This document shows positions 1 through 12,252 of a DNA stretch of 64,000 bases, one piece after another. Made by a program: the position numbers and the translations under genes. Each line of letters opens with the position of its first letter. Within the stretch, counting starts at the first letter, position 1. The notes under the pieces are model-generated. The model ran no database searches. It was given only the letters and a program-made list of their open reading frames with translations, and had not been told where the DNA came from. The DNA is from Setoptus koraiensis (Eukaryota > Animalia > Arthropoda). The DNA lies in the NCBI GenBank assembly GCA_048013815.1, contig CM106585.1, forward strand, positions 14,012,001 through 14,076,000, in the 5' to 3' direction.

Positions 1-98
1 GTAACAGGCCATAGTTGAGGCCAATCACAATATTCTTGAAATGGTCAAGTCTGTCCTTGGTTCGTTGTCTCACAAGCACATAGTCGGGCTTGACAACT
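1..98 (-). CDS. Syn: Synapsin coding exon (4th in my model), runs off the window edge
   Basis: Acceptor ctctccAG at 101-99, phase 2. Reads (R)VVKPDYVLVRQRTKDRLDHFKNIVIGLNYGLL, matching the synapsin C-domain motif KPDFVLIRQ...IGLQY. Confidence 0.93.
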
Positions 99-200
99 CT
101 GGAGAGATTTCAGTCAGAATGCAGTCGATGTTAGTTACAATAACAACAATAATAAACAATAATAATTGAGCGATAATTGAAAGCATTAGTGTCGACTCAC

Positions 201-298
201 CTGCTCGACTTGTGACTCCTGCTGCTGTTCAGATAAATAGCCGTTGGCTCATTGGCGAGGCAAGAGTTAGACACGACGGATATCTCTCTGAAATCGGC
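201..298 (-). CDS. Syn: Synapsin coding exon (3rd in my model)
   Basis: Flanked by gttgtAG and GTgagt. Reads ADFREISVVSNSCLANEPTAIYLNSSRSHKSSR and continues VEQ|A(E/D)F as in synapsins. Phase 0 in, phase 2 out, consistent with both neighbours. Confidence 0.92.
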
Positions 299-464
299 CT
301 ACAACATCATACAGTACAATTGAAAACAGAGATATATTAACACAATTATTAACAAACGAAATACCACGAGACTACGAGCCGATGTCGACAAGTCAACATC
401 AATAGCTGGGTGCAATTGCAATGAGTGAAATTAAATAATAATTCATTAATGAGCTTGGGCCTAC

Positions 465-1162
465 CTGTTCGACTATCAACTCGGATATATTGCTGCCAGT
501 GGAATCTGACGACGACGAAAACGACGAGAATAGCGCCGACGAGGTGGCTCCCACCGAGGAAAAGGTCGACTTTTGTTGCACTTTCTTGAAATATTTAGCC
601 CAGTCCGTGTGATAGCCATCTATTACAAACAATGTCTGCTGTTTTGGTATCGCTGACTGGCCATTGGTGCTGCCACCACCAAAATTGGTTGTCCTGTTAA
701 TAATGGTGGTTGCGTTATTGGGTTGTTGCGTCGTTGCCGTCGGGGAATCAAATGGATTGCTAGAGGTGGCCGCTAATTGATTAATGGAGCTAGTGACATT
801 TCCCGAAAATCTTTCAATGTTTGTGCTGGCCAAATTGGGCACTTGCTGTAATTGAGACGAAATGGACCCGACGGCGCTCTTGACACTGCCAACAGCGCCG
901 CCCAGTCTGTCCGTAACGGAACTGGTGGTGACCGAGGTGGCCCTGGATAAAAACGAGCTGAAAGTTCTGGTGCTAGTGGGCGAACCAGGCGCACTGCTCG
1001 TGATACTGTTGGATCTTTGACTGGTGGCGGCTTGATGTTGCACCGGGGGCGCAGTTGTTGTTGTTGAGGTTGCTGTTGCGGTTGCTGTTGCTGTTGAAAA
1101 TGACGCACCGAACGGGTTTCGGCTCGAGCTGACAGGCTCGTCCTGATCCATGGGGCCGCCTG
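465..1162 (-). CDS. Syn: Synapsin coding exon (2nd in my model): domain B and start of domain C
   Basis: ORF 399..1151 contains SAPGSP and TLFVIDGYHTDWAKYFK (synapsin LLVID..TDW.KYF). Donor GAACAG|GTag at 464. Tandem CAGCAG acceptor at 1165-1160 is in frame with Met 1151. Confidence 0.9.
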
Positions 1163-4100
1163 CTGTTACTCACGGAATAACGGATAACTGAAACTAATTA
1201 TACTAACTAATATTGTGGTATTGTTATATGTATGATATGATTCAATAATAGTATACGGTGATGCTGCAATGATGCGTCAGCTTGAGCGGCCGCTACTTGG
1301 CGTCCGATTATGTAATATTAATTGCATATTAATGTCGATGTCGATTCAACACAGCGACGGCTGCTGGCTCACCTGTGAAACATTTGTAACATTTGCAACA
1401 TTTGCACCATTTGCAGCATTTGCAACATTGATTGATGCGCGCGAGGCGATTAATTCTCAGTTAGGCCGATTCTCGGGGGCTGGGGCCAGGACGCCAACGC
1501 AAACAAATGCCAGTAGGGCCCAGTTCTTTAGCAGCGTTCAGTTCAGTTGTCAATGAGTCGTTGGCAGCGAGTTCTTTGTTGTTGCTGCTGTTGTGCTTTA
1601 GCAAACTGCTGCACATGCACTAGTGGCAGCATAAGTGGCGCTAGTGGGGCCCCGCCGTCCATTAATGGCAGCAGTGGGGGCGCTTTGTAGAGAACTAAGC
1701 GCCCACAATATATCGCACAATGCAAACACTCTCGTCGGGGGGACGCTTCGAGTGCACTACGGGTGCACCCAACACACATGTGCACTGCCGTGCTTTGCTA
1801 TTTGCCAGCCAGCCAGCCAGCCAGCCAGCCAACAACAACAGTCACTGTTGAACGGTGCGATATGCGTCGCCCGTTACGCAACTTCACAACTTGCACCGTT
1901 GGCCTCCATTGGCCGCCATCCGCTCCATTGGGGCCCCGCGACGTGCGCCGAGCCAGTGCGCGCCGCCTGCACGCTGTTTGGCGCTGCTGCACGCTGTTTG
2001 CTGCATAGCATAGCATTGTGAGCATGTTGCCAGGCCGTTGCGAGGCCATTGTGGGGATATTATATATATATATATGCTGTGCAGATATTGCCATTGGGGC
2101 CCCGGGGAACAGTTACAGCGTGCAGATAACACACAATACGTAACGCGATAAATATATGACTGTGCGATGTGTGCGATGTGTATGTGTGTGTGTGTGCCAG
2201 TTATCGTTGGCGCGTTCGCGCCAAATAACTGGCTTGTCGCCCCCGCAAAAACTGTGCCGCTTCTCTCTGTCTGTTTCGCTGGATGTTGTGCGTTGGTTGT
2301 TGCTGCCGCTCGCAAGCAAACGGGAGGCGTCCTTGTGCGACCTTGTGCCGCCCCGTGCAGCGTACGCGCCACTGGCGCCCCAAAAAACTGCAAACCGATC
2401 GGCCAGCCCGAACGGCGCTGGCCGATTCACGCACGCTGGCCCGCAAGTTGCGAATTGCGCTTGGCCCCCGCCGAATTGGCCAATTGCGATATTCATCAGC
2501 TGTGGCCCCCATCAGCCACATGCCAACTAGCTGCCAGTTGATCTGTCAGTGTGCGGCCGGCTCAATGGCTCAGCGGCTCGCAACGATCGATACGTTGGCG
2601 TTGGCGTTCTCGGCGGGGGCCGCGCACAGAATTCACCTGTCGGCCGGTGCTGGCGACACACCGATGACACTGACGCGCTTATAGGGGGCTCTGCTGGCGT
2701 GCTCGTTGCTTGCGCTGCCAGCAAATGCACTGAGCCGACAGCAACAACAACAGCAACAACAACGACGACGACAGACGACAAGCCCGCAACGGCGAATTCG
2801 GGGCCCCAGTTAATTGGCCCATCGCTGGCGCGCAACTGGCGCCGCTATGAAAGCACAATGACAACGCTGCCAGCTGACAAATTGCAGCCTGTACAGGGAT
2901 AAACGAGCGATTATATTATCATGTTGGCACGATGTGTGTTGCATCGCACGCTGGCCAGGCCGTGCGCAACTACAAATCAACAATCACGCCGGCTTATAAT
3001 GGCATTCGGAGGCCGTCATTGTCCGCCCGGTGATCGGTGGGCCAGTTGCAAGGATCCATTAATGCAGCAGTCAGTCTATTGTGACGCGCTCGTGAAAGCC
3101 CTCGCCCTCGCCAAGGCCGGCCCGGCTCAATCGGCCCGGGCCCCAGCGACAATGGGGCGCCCTAGCCAGACAATTGGCTGCTGAATTAATCTGCTCGCCG
3201 CTGCTCGCCGCTGAGCTCGGCATCTTTAGCCATGGCAACTGGCGCTGCAGTTGCTAGGGGGCCAAAGTGGCTCGCGATATGACTCATATATATATATATT
3301 GCATCTGTGCAGTGCGAGCGGGCGCCCCAACTTGGCTGCCAGGTCGCGCCGGGCCCAGCCAAGTTGGCCAGCCGAGCGGCACGGGCGCCAAAGATCGGCC
3401 GAGGCCGCTGGCTCAGTCGGGATACACTGTAGTGACTGCAAATGGGGCGCCGCCGCCGCCGCCAGTCACTACAAACAGTCACACAACTCGCCATTAGATT
3501 ATTCGCCTTATCTCGTCACCGCTGCAAGCGGGATAAGTAAGGGATAAGTGAGTTGAGCTTGCCCAAAGTGACAGCGTCACCGAGCGACAATGCCACTCGG
3601 CGAGCCCCATTCACAAACAGCGCAGTGGATATTGTGATTATAGTGAGAATGAGTGGCATAAAGATGCAATAAATCGAGTCAGTGTGTGTGTGTGTGTGTC
3701 ATTGGCAAGATGTTATTTACATAACAGGTGAAATGGTACAATAATAGAAGTAAACAGTAAACGGGTTCAGTTCAAACGGCTGTGAATCATGCGAGAGAAG
3801 TCTCTTTATAAATAATAATAATAATAATAATACTATTCACTATATATATATATAAATATATGTGCAATGTGAATAACTATTTATACATTTATGTACACGC
3901 GAGAATATCCATCTCTGCAATATCCTCTTGGAATATTCCTTTTCGTTTAGCTCGGTTGCTTGCTGAGCAACACAATTGCTGGCTTGCTTGCTGAACAATG
4001 CGCAATTGTTGGCCCGCTTGCCGGCCCAAAAGTTGCCCGTTTCGCCCATTGCCCAGCGGGCCGGCTGTCGGGCTGTCGGGCTGTTGGGCACCAGAGTCAC

Positions 4101-4352
4101 TTGATCGGAATTGCCTCATCACGTCTCGGTCGACTGGTCGATCGATAAACAAGCCAGCGCGAAAACACTGATTCCGGTGGCCCCAATGGCCGCGTTGGGG
4201 CGCCTCCTAATTTGTATAACAGCAGGCTGGCTATGCTGTCAGCGCTGCTGTTAGCGCACGCATTTGCTGCATTCTGCTCATCTCGCCATGTCAGACACTG
4301 GCTTGGTGGCGCCATCTACTTCCGGTGCGCCTCGTGATTCACACAGTGTGAA

Positions 4353-4370
4353 CGTGTGTGTGTGTGTGGG

Positions 4371-4432
<62 letters not shown>
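4353..4432. repeat. (TG)n microsatellite
   Basis: About 80 bp of nearly pure TG with two interruptions. Confidence 0.95.
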
Positions 4433-4433
<1 letters not shown>

Positions 4434-5132
4434 ATGTGGGCGCAAATAATTCCAAGCAATTGTATAAATTGTATGTATGTGTGTGATCGCTCGTTCCGAC
4501 TCAATATTTGGGGCCCCAAACACTGCGCACACTCAGACATCAGGTTGCTGAAGTGTGCTCAGACATGGAATAAATTCAAATTGAAATTAAATTTCTCACG
4601 ATTGTCAGACAATTGTCGCTGTCTAGATCGCCTATAGCGTGTGTGGCTACAAACAGAGATACAGGGTCATTCAGACAGACTGGTGCGTGCAACAATGCAA
4701 ACTGGCCGACTGCCGAATGCTTTCGCTGCGCAAACACACTCTGGCTGCCCGAGAGATAAGGGCGACCTCGGGCGGGGGGCGACCGCATTAGACTGGCACG
4801 GGCCGGGCTCAGTTGGGCATGGCAAATTAATTGATTGTCGCAGGCTTCATTTGAATGCGGCACAGACTGTGTGTGTGTGTGTGTCGGTGCCATTATGGCA
4901 TAATGATTATGCGCCATTGTGTGCCTAGGGCGGCATCATTATTGTCGTCCGGTCCGGTCAGTCCGTTCGGTCCGGTCAGTCCGGTCAGTCCGGTCGGTCC
5001 GGTTGGGCCGGTCAGCTCGCCTTGTGCTGTCGTCCGACAGATCATTATCCGGCTGGGCGCGAGTGAGTGATGCAACGAGTGTGCCAAATATGCGTACAGC
5101 TGTCATTTGTCAGGTCATCTCGACCAGTTCAC

Positions 5133-5283
5133 CTGGCGCCCGCTCACTGAGAGTATCGCAACTTGAGATTCTCAAGCGGCTAAACGACGATGAGACCGAG
5201 ATGCTCGAGTGTCTCCGGCTCGATAATTGATTATTCAAAAATGCCTCAGTAATGGTGCCTGTTGGCTCGTTATCGCATATCAT
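5133..5283 (-). CDS. Syn: Putative first coding exon of synapsin (domain A-like)
   Basis: ATG at 5283 opens MICDNEPTGTITEAFLNNQLSSRRHSSISVSSSFSRLRISSCDTLSERAPG. SFSRLRISSCDT aligns without gaps to the insect domain A motif FLKRRFSSGDL (recalled). Donor CCAG|GTgaac is phase 1 and matches the phase-1 acceptor at 1162/1159. Confidence 0.6.
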
Positions 5284-5568
5284 TATTTATCATTATTATC
5301 CGATCGTAGACACACTCGTACACAATGGTGCCTGTGTGCAAGACGCCAGCTAATTGGCTTGGCGTTTGTTTGCGGCGCAACAACAACAACATGAGACACT
5401 CATTACGTCATTATGTCATGTCATGTTATGCGTTATGTTTATGCGTCCACATCATCAGGTGCCCACGTCATCGTGGTCGGCTGTTCCATCGGTTTCGTCT
5501 GTTCCAGCTGTTTCATCGGTTCCATCCATTGGTGTGCTTGTGTATAAATGATGATTGTCGGGCCCCGA

Positions 5569-5626
5569 TCAGTGCACCTTGACTTGCTTGAAATCGCAGC
5601 GTCGTCCGACGTAACCAGCGGCGCAG
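5569..5626 (-). CDS. vn: vein/neuregulin-like ligand, terminal coding exon (second half of EGF domain)
   Basis: Acceptor ctaataatAG, phase 2. Reads (H)CAAGYVGRRCDFKQVKVH*, supplying EGF Cys5-x8-Cys6 with the G-Y-x-G-x-R-C signature. Joins exactly to the phase-2 donor at 18253. Confidence 0.88.
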
Positions 5627-5652
5627 CTATTATTAGGTTATCGGCGTTATTA

Positions 5653-5722
5653 GCGTCATCAGTGTCATCAGTGTCATCAGTGTCATCGGCGTCATCAGTG
5701 TCATCAGTGTCATCAGTGTCAT
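5653..5722. repeat. 9-bp tandem repeat (GTGTCATCA)n just upstream of the vein terminal exon acceptor
   Basis: About 7-8 copies read directly. Confidence 0.9.
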
Positions 5723-5884
5723 TAGCGTTGTTAGGAGAAGAAGAGAATAAATTGGTTAGAGCATGTTGGCGAGCATATGTTCGTGTCGAGCTGACAATGT
5801 GAGCACTAATCAAGTTATCCGCCGACAGCACAGGTAAGCGTTGATGATAGGGTTGCCGGCAGCGAGTTGTTGAGAGTTGTTTAT

Positions 5885-5952
5885 TCACAGATATTCACAG
5901 ATATTCGCAGATATTCGCAGATACTCGCAGATACTCGCAGATATTCACAGAT
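5885..5952. repeat. 10-bp tandem repeat (CAGATATTCG-like)
   Basis: About 6-7 slightly varied copies. Confidence 0.9.
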
Positions 5953-8952
5953 TTGTTCGTGCGTTCGCTGCCGGTCGTTCCGTTCGCGAGACTCGACCCA
6001 GCGAACACAACACTGGCGATTCTTTTGCAAATCTCCAATGGCCGGTCACAGCCGACAGGCCGGCACACAGGTGAGGGGCGGTACAACGCTAATTACATAG
6101 GGCCGGCATTTCGCTCACGTCAGTGCCATTGTCTCAATTGTGCGCTCTCAGCAAATCAGCGCCACAATGCTCGCCAGAGCCGGTCTAATTAGCAGAGAAA
6201 ACAGAGAAAAACTTTTGTTCGCGACGGCTGCTTGCTGAACCGCGAACAAACATTGGCGACTCGCGAGAAACAAGCGACGACACGCCAGACCGACACTCGA
6301 AAGATTGAGTGCCGTTGCTGTTCGCCGTCAATCCTTTCTTTGTCTCGCTGCTCTCCCTTTGCGTCGGGTCTGTCTCCCCTTTGTGTCGGGCCACGCGGCG
6401 CGGACCACCCGACCCGAATCGAGCTCGCCCCGCGAACCCGCGCCCCTACCAGCTCCCACCGAAAGGCTGAACCAGGTTACCATGGCACCATTGAGGCCTG
6501 GATGGGCCCGATTCATGCGCAAAGCAGTTCAAATTTGGCGCCATCTCGTGTCGGTCAGACGGCACTGGACGACGGAGTGTCGCCACTGGCCAGCGTTGCG
6601 CCCCTTGCCCACGTGCGTCGAACGCGATCATCGGAAACAACAGCCTTCGAATTGATTTGTTTGTGTTTTCATGTTCGACGGTTCGAAGGGTCGAATGTGC
6701 GAATGGTCGCGTTTCGAACGTCGAAGTCCCGACAGCGTACGAACGTTCGAAGTTCGAACGGTGTGTCCGAACGTTCGGCCGGCGGGACGTTCGCGTGCTT
6801 GCGTCGGCGGCCGCGCTTCGTTGTCGTGCGCGCTTGGCCTCGGTCAGCAGCAACGACAACACGCAGCAGCAAAACGAAGAAGCGAAGAATAAGCGAAAAA
6901 TGATGAATGAACAAGAAATTCTTCGCCGAATGAGTTTGCGAAAATGTTGCCGAAAATTGGCACGCGTTATTTGCACGTGTTGGCGTCGATAATGCCGGTG
7001 GCACGCACAAATGGGCCGCATCACCTGCTCTTTTTGCGTCGCGCGAGCTGCGGGCATCATGGTGCGCCGGTCGGGCGAGCAGTTGTTGTCGGGCCGCAGC
7101 GGTCGCAATTGTCAATTGTCGCTGCCGGCCCGACAACAACTGTTGTTGTGGGCCAGCAAAACATGCACACACGACACGGCCGCAAGTAGTTGCAACTGCC
7201 CACTGGTCAAGTCGCGCTGTTCGGTGGGCCGGTGCGGAATTTCGCGCACAAACTGCACGCACTTTCGCGTTCGAACAGGCCCTCGAACTGGCGACGAAAT
7301 TCGCTTGCTTCGAACTGGCGACCAAGTTCGCTTGGTTCCAGCTCGCACACTGCTCGCGTTGTTGGTGGGTTCGAGCGAGCACGCGAATTCGCGCCGAACC
7401 GGCCAAAAGTGAAGTATGACGAGAGTGGCGCGTGCACGTGCTCCCGTGTCGCCCCGTGTTGTCGGTGTGCTGCCGCGACCGACGACCGCGGCACGTCACA
7501 ATGGGGCCAGCGGCGCACCGGGTCACCCGTCAACCGGTGCGCTGCTGACCGGCGGCGCCGCAAATGACCATTCCGGCCACCACCTAACTCCGGGCGCCGG
7601 GCAATTGGGCACGTGAGCGTGCTGGCTGTTTGTTGCAGCTTGAGCCCGATTGGGCCACTCGAGCGGCGGCCAATCGGACATTGGCACCGGACCGGGCCGA
7701 GTCTGTTCCTCGGAGCAGCGTCGACCGGGCCGGGCCGACACATGGTGCGCAGCGGCGGCCCGGCGTGCGAGCGTCATTGTGCGACAATGGCGCAGCCACA
7801 TAATGGAGCCTCACTCACTTCATTGCAACAGATATAGGCGACAGATATATGTGTTGGTTGTTGATAAATGTCACACAAACAGCCAAAAAGAGATTGCTGG
7901 CACACCAGCGCGGCCGACTGGCGCAAACAACGCACACATAAAGCGCACACAGAGCGCACAGCGCGTGACACTGGGCCCCACTTCCGGTCAGCAGAGGCCA
8001 AGTGCCGAGTTGGCCTGTCGCTTTGTTTGGGTTTGTTGTTGACGATGGCGTTTTGGCGGCCGCTTGTGGCGGCCGCTTGTGGCGCTGGCACAACCAACTG
8101 GTTGTGGTTGCATCAAGTTGCACGGGCACCGCCGAGCGGCACTGCTCATGTCTAATGCTACTCATGATTATTATGACACGTTACACTGCGTATATTATCG
8201 TTGTGTTTGTGGTCAATGGCGTTGCCAGAAACCGGCGCGAGGTGGCGGCCGGACTGGGCGCAAACTGGCCGCCCGACCAAGCGCAAGCTGGCCGCCCGAC
8301 CAAGCGCATGCCGCACCTGTCGGTGCGTTGGCGAGTTACGGACGGCACGACGGGCGACGTTAATGAGCCATGTTTATTCATATGCGAGTCAGGTGATGAA
8401 TAATTGCAATCAAAACGCCCTCTGTTGCAGTTGGCCTGCTGTTGTGGCCGTGCCCGAGTATGCGATATGCATGCGCGCGGATATCTGATCGGATATTGGC
8501 CGCTGGTCGGCTGGCGGACACGACTTGCACTACCGATTGGCACTACTGACATTACACTAATAACATGACCAATAATATGACATGCAGCAGGGCCGGTATC
8601 AAGTGTGGTTGCCCGTCAGACGGCGCGGACCGGCGCGGAGCCGGACGGTCGGGCCGTCGGCGGAGCGGCGGACAACAGAGCACAATCAATCAAACGAGCG
8701 ACTCTTGGTGTGTGTTCCGCGGGCCATTGTGCCAAGCGCTGCCGTTGTTGTTTGTTTCATCTTTTCATCTCCGTGCCCGTCTCCGTCGCATCTCGCCCGT
8801 CGCTCCGTCTCGCTGCCCGCCGCCCGCTAAACAGCGGCCGCCGGATAAATGGCCCCGATGAAGCCGTCACGTTTGTTGTGCTCGTTACAGCCGGTTATAG
8901 GCACTGAAAAGTGTGTGTGTGTGTTGCAAATTAAATTCTTGACGGTAACAGC

Positions 8953-8995
<43 letters not shown>

Positions 8996-10780
8996 TAATC
9001 GACACAATAACTGGCTCGGGTTCTTTTGTGCCCGACAAGTCGGCTGCCGTGCCGCACACCGGCCCGAGATGCGAGACACGAGATACAAGATACAAGAGGC
9101 TAATTGAGTCAGCAGCGGCCACACACGCCAGCCAATGGCATCGAGTGATCGCTTTTCGAGGCTGCTTGTGTGCATGATCGATGGCCCTGGCGATGCGGCG
9201 CTCGGGTAGCGCCGACGCGATGCTCGGACAGCGCCGACGCGGTGCTCGGACAGCGCCGGGAATGTGCCCACAATGGAGCCGCTCGCAATGGCTCGCGGTG
9301 GCCGGTGCGAACTGTGGCCAGAGAGCCATTCGAAGCGATGCAACTCGCCGGCGCAACAATGCCAGGCCAACAATGCGCACTCTGACTGCTGGAGCGGAGC
9401 GGGCCGACGCCGGCCGAATCATTCCAGTCAAACGATTCGAGTCGAGCGGCCGTGATTAATTGGATCATCATCGTCCATTGGAGCGTCCATTGTCACCTGT
9501 TGCCGCTGGCCGCTCGTCGGGCCGGCCGGCACGTACGCACGCCCAGGCGACAACAATTGCCGATCGACAGGCGACTCGCGAGCCGGGCGGGCCGCCGATG
9601 ATGCGGCCATTGATCGATCGGGCGCATCATTGGCCGCATCGTTCGCGTATCGTGCGACAGGTAGCCGACACATGTAATTGTGTCGCTCACTAATCGACAA
9701 CAATGGCCCACCTCACAATTGTCGGGCCGCACGCAGTTTAGGCCGGCACGCTGCTCGGGCGACGCTGCTCAGGTGACGCTGCCCGACTCGCGACTGGCCC
9801 TGCCGGCGGCGCATAAACGAGCGCGCGCGCGGCACACTGCTCAAGTGGTCAAGTGGTCAGTCAACAATGGCACATAATTGCACAATTGTTGCGCGCCGCT
9901 TGCCATTGTCGCGCCGCGCCGCGTAACCGGCCAACAAGCGCCGCTGCGACCACTCGATAGATCACTCAATAGATCAAAGTGATCTATTTGACCAGTCTGC
10001 TTGTATCCACACTCGGACACATGCCCAGATACTTATACGCATCTGAGTATGTGTCCAAATGCTCGTTGGTCGCACTGGCGCGCCGTTTGAGCGCTCTGTG
10101 AGTCGGCCAATAACCAAAAGCAGTTGATACTTTTGCTGACCACTGGTCACTCTCCAAGTTGACACATGCGACACTCTCGGGTCGCCAGATGACGCACACC
10201 GGCGACGCGTCAGCTGCTGACCGGCCGGCCGACCGACCGACCGACTCAAATGTCGGTGTGCAGTGGCCAGTTCGGTTGACAGCTACAACCAATTCGGTCA
10301 GTTGGCTCGCAAGAGCTGACAAGAGAGACTTTATATTTATTTTTATTTTTGTTTTATTACCATGTCATGACAGTGCGCTCATGCTCATGCCACGACAAAT
10401 CATGCGCAAGTAATGCACATGGCGCAAGCGCGTGCTCGCATACCGCCGGCGCACGCCGGCCCGCTACAGCTGCGGCCTGCAGTCTGTAGTCCGCAGGGGC
10501 TCGCAATTGGTCGGCACGCCTCAGCGAGCACGCTTTTGGGCCGCTCTGGTCAGTTGGCACAGTTGAACCGCTGGCCACCACCACAGCGACCTGTTTGCTC
10601 CAGTTTGCGCGCTAGCTCGCCAAATCTGAGCCGCCCCCGCGCCGTGTGCGCACGCCGCTCACAAGGCGCGCAGCTAGGCGGGGGAGGCTCGCATTTGGGC
10701 GCATCAATGCGATGCGACACGATGGGCACAATTCAACGCTCAACGCGCCTGTCGATATGATGCGCTCAGGCGGTTGCTGT

Positions 10781-10890
10781 GCAACGATAACGCACGCTAT
10801 TGCGCAACGATTACGCTCGCTATTGCGCAACGATTACGCTCGCTATTGCGCAACGATTACGCTCGCTATTGCCCAATGATCACGCTCGCT
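10781..10890. repeat. 23-bp minisatellite (GCAACGATTACGCTCGCTATTGC)
   Basis: About 5 head-to-tail copies with no spacers. Confidence 0.9.
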
Positions 10891-12170
10891 GTTCTAAAGT
10901 CGCTGGCTGTGGCGCCCTCACCCGTGAGAGTCGCTTCGATCGTTGGCGCAACAGTTGCGCCTAGCGAGCTAATGAGCAGATTGCCGAATTGCGGCCGCAC
11001 TTGCCGAAAGCGGGCCTTTGCGAACCAACCACAGGTGGCGCTGCACGGCGCTAAACAAAGCTAAGCGCGGGCTCCGCTCGGAATGGCCGGCTCTGTTGTT
11101 GTCGAGTTTGCGCGCACAACAGCCAGCATAATTGTTGCATAACATGTGTTGGCGTGGTGCCTTATGGGGCTATGAGCGCCGTAAGTCACTTACAGTAACT
11201 TACTGACAGTAAGTGTCGGTGTGCGTTATCTGGTGCACATTGTGCGAACAAACGACGCAAACAAACGGCCGCATAGGCGAGCTGTTTGTGTTTACGTTGT
11301 TTCGCTTGCTTAGGAAGCCCCGCCGCATTAGCACTTTCGAATGGCCGCCTTGCGCCACTCGAAGCCGCTTAGGCGCTCCGAACATGGCAGCGAATTTCGG
11401 AACTTGGCGGCGAATTCCGAGCGAATTCAGAGCGAATTCGAAATTCGGCGCGTCTCTCGCCGAGCGCGCCGACTTGACTAATTACGAGCCGCTGGCCAGG
11501 ATTCGCGGGCGCATGCACAATGGTCAGGCGATAACACGCCGGCGGCTGACGAAGAACCGACAAGGGCGAACAAGGGCGAGAACAGCATGACCGCTGTCAA
11601 ACATCGTGTCATGTGATGTCGCTGTCGCTGTTGTTGCTGCTGCGGTTGTTGTTGTTGCCGCTGAGGTTGTTGTTGTTGCGATATTGCGGTTGCCGCCGCT
11701 GCCGAGTTGGGCCGCCGCCAGTGGCCGGGCCAAATCGATCATGATGACTAATGAAACAGAATAATGATTACATCATATCACTCCCATCGGGCGCGCAATC
11801 CGCCGGCCGGGCCACCAATGGCGCCGCTGCCCGGGCCGACGCTCGGTGCGGGCCAACATGGCCGCTTGTGGCCGCTTGTGGCCCGCACTGACGTGCCGGC
11901 CGGCCGGTCACTGGCCTCGCCGGCTGGTCGCTCATGTATCTTGTATAGCTAGTATCACATCGAGCTTATTGTGCATTCGGCCTTTTATTGTTACATGCTT
12001 GTAGTGTCTGATTGTGGCGCTAATCGTGCTGTGCGTCGCGGCACGATTAGCACAGCACACGAACAGCACAGTGGCGATCTTGCCAGAGCGCGCCTGGTCT
12101 GTTCACAGGTGAGCTTGGCGATTCGCACTGTGCTTTTGTGTGCCGCTGCGCCAGCGGCCAGCCGCCGTGG

Positions 12171-12252
12171 CACACAAAAGAGGTTCGCAACAGAGGCACA
12201 AAAGACGCTCGCAACAGAGGCACAAAAGACGCTCGCAACAGAGGCACAAAAG
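12171..12252. repeat. 24-bp minisatellite (GCAACAGAGGCACAAAAGACGCTC)
   Basis: About 3 head-to-tail copies. Confidence 0.9.

Noticed and set aside
5114-5230. Plus-strand frame VISTSSPGARSLRVSQLEILKRLNDDETEMLECLRLDN after a tttgtcAG
   Set aside because: No upstream partner exon or homology. The opposite strand gives a synapsin domain A-like peptide with a phase-matched donor, which is the better explanation.
6640-6780. Heat-shock element arrays in the TTCGAA islands
   Set aside because: A few GAAnnTTC dimers exist, but most repeats have 0- or 1-nt spacing rather than the three properly phased nGAAn units needed. Kept only as an unexplained motif cluster.
10781-12252. 23-24 bp repeats as a possible CRISPR array
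   Set aside because: Units are head-to-tail with no unique spacers, there are no cas genes, and the context is eukaryotic.
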